From an uncultured Acidobacteriaceae bacterium (lineage in GTDB: Bacteria; Acidobacteriota; Terriglobia; Terriglobales; Acidobacteriaceae): 64,000 bases of DNA. Position 1 is the stretch's first letter; every line of letters starts with the position of its first letter. The position numbers and the translations under genes are program-made. The stretch covers positions 38,875-102,874 of the forward strand of contig CAWFWK010000024.1 of assembly GCA_963819425.1 (NCBI GenBank), read 5' to 3'. Shown here in pieces: positions 60,380 through 64,000 of the stretch. The notes beneath the pieces are model-generated. The model was not told the origin of the DNA and did not search any database. It worked only from the letters and a program-made list of their open reading frames with translations.

Positions 60380-60978
60380 GACGGGTATTGACAGCGAATT
60401 TGGCAGGAGGTTTCTGAGGAATTGAAGAGGCGGAAGGAACGAAAGGCAACCGCGGATCCTTCCGCTGCGCGTCAGGATGACAGTGCTAGAGGGATTCGAA
60501 TGATTAAGCAGGTTTTGGGATGAGCGAGATCGTCGAAGGCAAATGCGGATCGCTCCGCTGTGGTCGGGATGACGGCTGGATTCGGACGTCCCTCCGGGAC
60601 CGGGGCTCATTTTGTTGGGCTGTCCCAGGGTTCCGCTGCGCTCCACCCTGGGCTATTTTCCTGCGTTTCTTCCGGGAACTTGAGGCTTGAATGCACCGTA
60701 GATCATCCAAATCTTCAGAGCGGATCCTTCCGCTGCGCGTCAGGATGACAGTGCTAGAGGGATTTGAATCGGGTGGATTAACAGCGAATTCGGAGATGAC
60801 GCAGATTTTTTGAGAAGCAAGATCGTCGAAGGCAACTGCTGATGCTTCCGCTCCGGTCTGGATGACGGCTGGATTCGGACGTCCCTCCGGGACTGAGGCT
60901 CATTTTGTTGGCTATCCCAGGGTTCCGCTGCGCTCACCCTGGGCTATTTTCCTACGTTCCCTCCGGGAACTTTTTGGG
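60380..60978. repeat. Nested tandem repeat array (GGATGAC modules plus family-2 elements)
   Basis: Two ~270-bp units start at 60451 and 60721. Each contains CGGATCCTTCCGCTGCGCGTCAGGATGACAGTGCTAGAGGGATT(C/T)GAAT, a second GGATGAC module and a family-2 element (60578-60686, 60871-60978). A partial unit lies at 60383-60450. A related GGATGAC module is at 30924-30958. Confidence 0.8.
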
Positions 60979-62488
60979 TTCCGGGCGCGGTCCCATTGTT
61001 TGCAGCGGTCGTGTTGTTTGCGGCGGTCGTGCCGCTCAATGGCAGCTTCACCACGAATCGCGTGTTGCCGGGTTCGGACTCCACATCGATCTTGCCGCCG
61101 AACTTCTGGGTCACGATCCGGTGCACGATCTCGAGGCCCAATCCGGTCCCGGAGCCTTGCGGCTTGGTCGTAAAAAATGCCTCGAAAATCCGAGGCAACA
61201 CATCCGCTGGAATTCCTGGTCCGTGATCCGTAATGCTAACCGCAAGCCACCCGGGGTCCGCTGGGTTGCCGTTCGCGGGCTCGGTCCACGTAGCGATCTC
61301 AATGTGTCCCTGTGCCGGCGAAGCATCCGCGGCATTGTCGATCAGATTGGTCCACACCTGGCTTAATGCGGAGCCGCGCGTTTGAATCACAGACGGCGCA
61401 GCTGCAAATCTCTTTTCAATGCCGATTTGCTTCATGCGCAGCTTGTGTCCAAGGATCGTAATTGTGCTCTGCAGGCTGTCGTGTACATCGAGCTCTTTCA
61501 CCGGCGAGCGATCGTCATACGCGAATTTCTTCACCGCCATGGCGAGGTCGGACACGCGAGAAATGCTCTCTTCAATCGCGCACACCAGCGCGACACTCGA
61601 TACCAGCGCCTGCAGCCAGTTCAGCGCGTCGGAAAAGCTGGGCGGATCGAAATACTCCCGCGCGCACTTCAGCTCTTCCTGTTCGAATCCAATCTCTACC
61701 AGCGACGGCGCAATCGTGAAGGCGTGTTCGACGCCTGCATCCTGCAGCCACTCAGCCAGTTTCTCTTCAGCATCCGCCTGTTCGAGCGAACTCATCGCCG
61801 AACAACGACAGCCTTTCATCGCATGCTGAAGCAGATTATGCATGCATTCCATTTGTTCCGGTGTCTTCGGCTTGCCTGCGGAACGGAGGCTCAGGTCCTG
61901 CAGCTTCATCAGGTTCTCGCGTAGTTGCGATGCCGCCCGTTTTGCCGCCGATCCGGGATTGTGCAGCTCATGCATCAACCCTGCCGCCAGCGTTCCAAGC
62001 GACACGAGCTTCTCCCGATGCAGGGCTTCTGCCTGGTATGCAGAAAGCCGCATCGACATATCCGCCAGCACTACTTTGCGTGCTTGAGGGCAGCAGGCCA
62101 TCAAGGCCCAGAACTGATCCGCCGTAAATCGCAGCAAGTCCGAATCCTGCACCGCCGTCACCAGAAAAGAGGCATGCATCTTTCCCGTCAAAAACGGAGT
62201 CTCGCCGAACGCTTCTCCTGCTTGTGCGGTTCCTACGGTGCTGTGCGACCCGTCGGCCTCGACACGGTCGGCGCGGCACTCGCCGTCAAGAACCAGCCAG
62301 TAGTAAATTGACCCCTGGCCCGGTTCGGCAAGGGTTGCTCCCGCTTTGGCGTGCACGCGATCTACCAAGTTGATCGCCTGAAGCGCATCCGCCGGAACAT
62401 CTGCAAATGGCCTCGTGTGGCCCAGTAATCCAGCGAGTTCCTTGAGCGGAACCGACTCGATCGTCATCAATTGTGTGCCCACGCTCAT
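60944..62488 (-). CDS. Sensor histidine kinase with N-terminal cyclic-nucleotide-binding domain
   Basis: cNMP-binding fold (AGEAFGETPFL). The HisKA H-box is LMHELHNPGSAA. The HATPase_c N, G1 and G2 boxes are LIDNAADA, DHGPGIP and GSGTGLGLEIV. The last ~12 codons and the stop lie inside the family-2 repeat. Confidence 0.8.
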   Translation of the reverse strand: MSVGTQLMTIESVPLKELAGLLGHTRPFADVPADALQAINLVDRVHAKAGATLAEPGQGSIYYWLVLDGECRADRVEADGSHSTVGTAQAGEAFGETPFLTGKMHASFLVTAVQDSDLLRFTADQFWALMACCPQARKVVLADMSMRLSAYQAEALHREKLVSLGTLAAGLMHELHNPGSAAKRAASQLRENLMKLQDLSLRSAGKPKTPEQMECMHNLLQHAMKGCRCSAMSSLEQADAEEKLAEWLQDAGVEHAFTIAPSLVEIGFEQEELKCAREYFDPPSFSDALNWLQALVSSVALVCAIEESISRVSDLAMAVKKFAYDDRSPVKELDVHDSLQSTITILGHKLRMKQIGIEKRFAAAPSVIQTRGSALSQVWTNLIDNAADASPAQGHIEIATWTEPANGNPADPGWLAVSITDHGPGIPADVLPRIFEAFFTTKPQGSGTGLGLEIVHRIVTQKFGGKIDVESEPGNTRFVVKLPLSGTTAANNTTAANNGTAPGTQKVPGGNVGK

Positions 62489-62508
62489 CTTGCCGTTTCA
62501 ATCCCCAT

Positions 62509-64000
62509 TTAGAACCCCGCCAGATACTGATGCGCAAACTGCACCGCGATCGATCCTTCGCCCACCGCCGATGCCACTCGCTTCACCGAGCCGTGTCGTA
62601 CATCCCCTGCTACAAAAACTCCCGGTACGCTGGTCTCGAGCAGGTATGGCTCTCGTTGTTCATGCCAGCCGTTCAGCATCTTCCCGTCTTGCCGCAAATC
62701 CGGTCCCGCCAGTACAAAGCCCTTTTCGTCTCGCACGATGCTCTCCGGGAGCCATTGCACTCACGGGCTGTGCACCAATAAAGACGAATAATGACGAGGC
62801 TTGTACGCAATATTCGCCTTTCGGGCCGTGCAGACGCAAGGTCTCCAGCCTTTCCTCGCCCTCCGCGGCCGTTACTTGTGTCTCTGTTTCCACCACAATA
62901 TTGGATGTGCGCTCGATCTCATCGATTAAGTATTTCGACATGGTGGCTCCGAGGTTCTTTCCACGCACCAGCATCGTCACCTTGCAGGCATATTTGGCAA
63001 AGTAGAGAGCGGCCTGCCCCGCCGAATTCGCCCCTCCAACCACAAAGACATCTTCGTCCTTGCACGAAGTTGCTTCTACCAGCGCCGCGCCATAGTAGAT
63101 ACCGCGCCCCGTCAGCCGGTCGGAGCCCGGAATCCCCAGCTTCCTGTACTGCACTCCAGGGGCCAGCAGCACGACATGCGAGGAGACCTCACGCCCATCC
63201 CCCAGCTTTACAAACCGGTACTGCCCGTCGATCCGCAGAGCGACCGCCCGCTGCGTCACAAACTCCGCCCCAAACCGCGATGCCTGGGTATGCGCTCTGC
63301 GTCCCAGGTCCGAGCCGGTGATTCCGGCAGGGAAGCCGAGATAGTTCTCAATCCTCGAACTCGAGCCCGCCTGGCCGCCCGGCGCCTCGGGCTCAACCAC
63401 CAGCGTCTTGAGGCCCTCGCTTGCCCCGTATACGGCTGCCGCCAGCCCTGCCGGCCCGGCGCCAATCACCACCATGTCGTAGAACTCCTGCGTGGCATGG
63501 GTGCTCAACCCCACCTTCGCCGCCAGCGAGTTGAGATCCGCCTCCACGAGCATGCTGCCATCCGTAAACAGCACCACCGGTAGATGCTCGGGCTTTAACT
63601 GCCGCTCTTCCAGCAGCTTCTGCGCATCCCCGCTGGTGGTCGCGTCCAGCCAGCGATATGGCACGTGATTGCGCGAGAGAAAATTGCGCACCTCGTAGTC
63701 ATTGAGCGCCCATCGATTGCCAATAACCCGAAGTCCATCAAACGGTGGTCGTGTATCCAGCCTTCCAATCGTCCAGCAAATCGGTCAGGACGGGGTAGAG
63801 CTTCTCCTCCGGCGGATCCCAGGGCTTGTTCAGGTAGTAGTGAATCCGCGCCGTGTTGATGGCCCGAATCGCTGCTTCGGTGTCTGCATAAGCAGTCAGC
63901 AGCACCCGTTTGGCGTGGGGATAGAACTCCTGCGCCCGTTCCAGGAACTCGACCCCAGTCATCCCCGGCATGCGCTGGTCGCTCAGCAGCAGCGCTACGG
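62509..64000 (-). pseudogene. Fused response-regulator receiver / thioredoxin-reductase-like flavoprotein, two frameshifts; 5' end outside window
   Basis: The receiver C-terminal part is MPGMTGVEFL...LTAYAD...YLNKPWD (ORF 63738..63971). The linker plus FAD/NAD(P) domains are VVIGAGPAGLAAAVY and VVGGANSAGQAALYF (ORF 62660..63691). The C-terminus is in ORF 62509..62760. The junctions are at ~63745 and ~62755-62775. The position of the TrxR CxxC reads AALVEATSC. Confidence 0.7.

Noticed and set aside
60486-60501. The GGGATTCGAAT / GGGATTTGAAT strings (also at 60760-60770) resemble a tRNA T-arm.
   Set aside because: No acceptor, D or anticodon stems can be drawn around them. They are part of the repeated GGATGAC module.
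60380-60978. Possible CRISPR array.
   Set aside because: The period is ~270 bp, the inter-repeat segments are homologous to each other, there are only about two units, and no cas genes are nearby.

Overview
This is a GC-rich bacterial chromosomal window. The gene content looks Acidobacteriota-like: a CarboxypepD_reg-type TonB-dependent receptor, very large secreted IPT/TIG and transglutaminase/TPR proteins, and REP-like hairpin repeats. That taxon call is inference only.

I can support about 45 protein-coding loci.
- Core genes: the gyrA 3' end, fabF-acpP, rmuC, rpsA, serS, ndh, trxB and ffh.
- An envelope/EPS module: a GH18-like/CE4/GT2 fusion with a divergent GT-C membrane protein.
- A TetR-MFS pair, two beta-lactamase-fold hydrolases and an M61 peptidase.
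- A circularly permuted ATP-grasp / alpha-E / transglutaminase operon and a 1250-aa TonB-dependent receptor.
- A Cys-rich protein / PAS-GGDEF / motA / motB string.
- A cNMP-sensing histidine kinase behind a fused receiver/TrxR-like flavoprotein.

I found no rRNA, tRNA, CRISPR array, transposase, integrase or phage genes.

The most striking sequence-level signal is about 20 frameshifts in nine genes. They are confined to three blocks (22.6-32.6 kb, 52.2-57.5 kb, 62.7-63.8 kb). About 40 kb of neighbouring coding sequence, including ORFs of 1177, 660 and 1250 aa, is unbroken. From sequence alone I cannot say whether this is local assembly error or real gene decay.

Several intergenic repeat families are present, including a nested tandem array at 60.4-61.0 kb. 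Some of these repeats supply the 3' ends of flanking ORFs.

I cannot demonstrate a new biological system. The best candidates for follow-up are:
- the MshEN-like AAA+ ATPase;
- the receiver/TrxR-like plus cNMP-kinase pair;
- the GGDEF-motAB string with its Cys-rich acidic partner;
- the three-domain EPS synthase;
- the ATP-grasp/alpha-E/transglutaminase operon.
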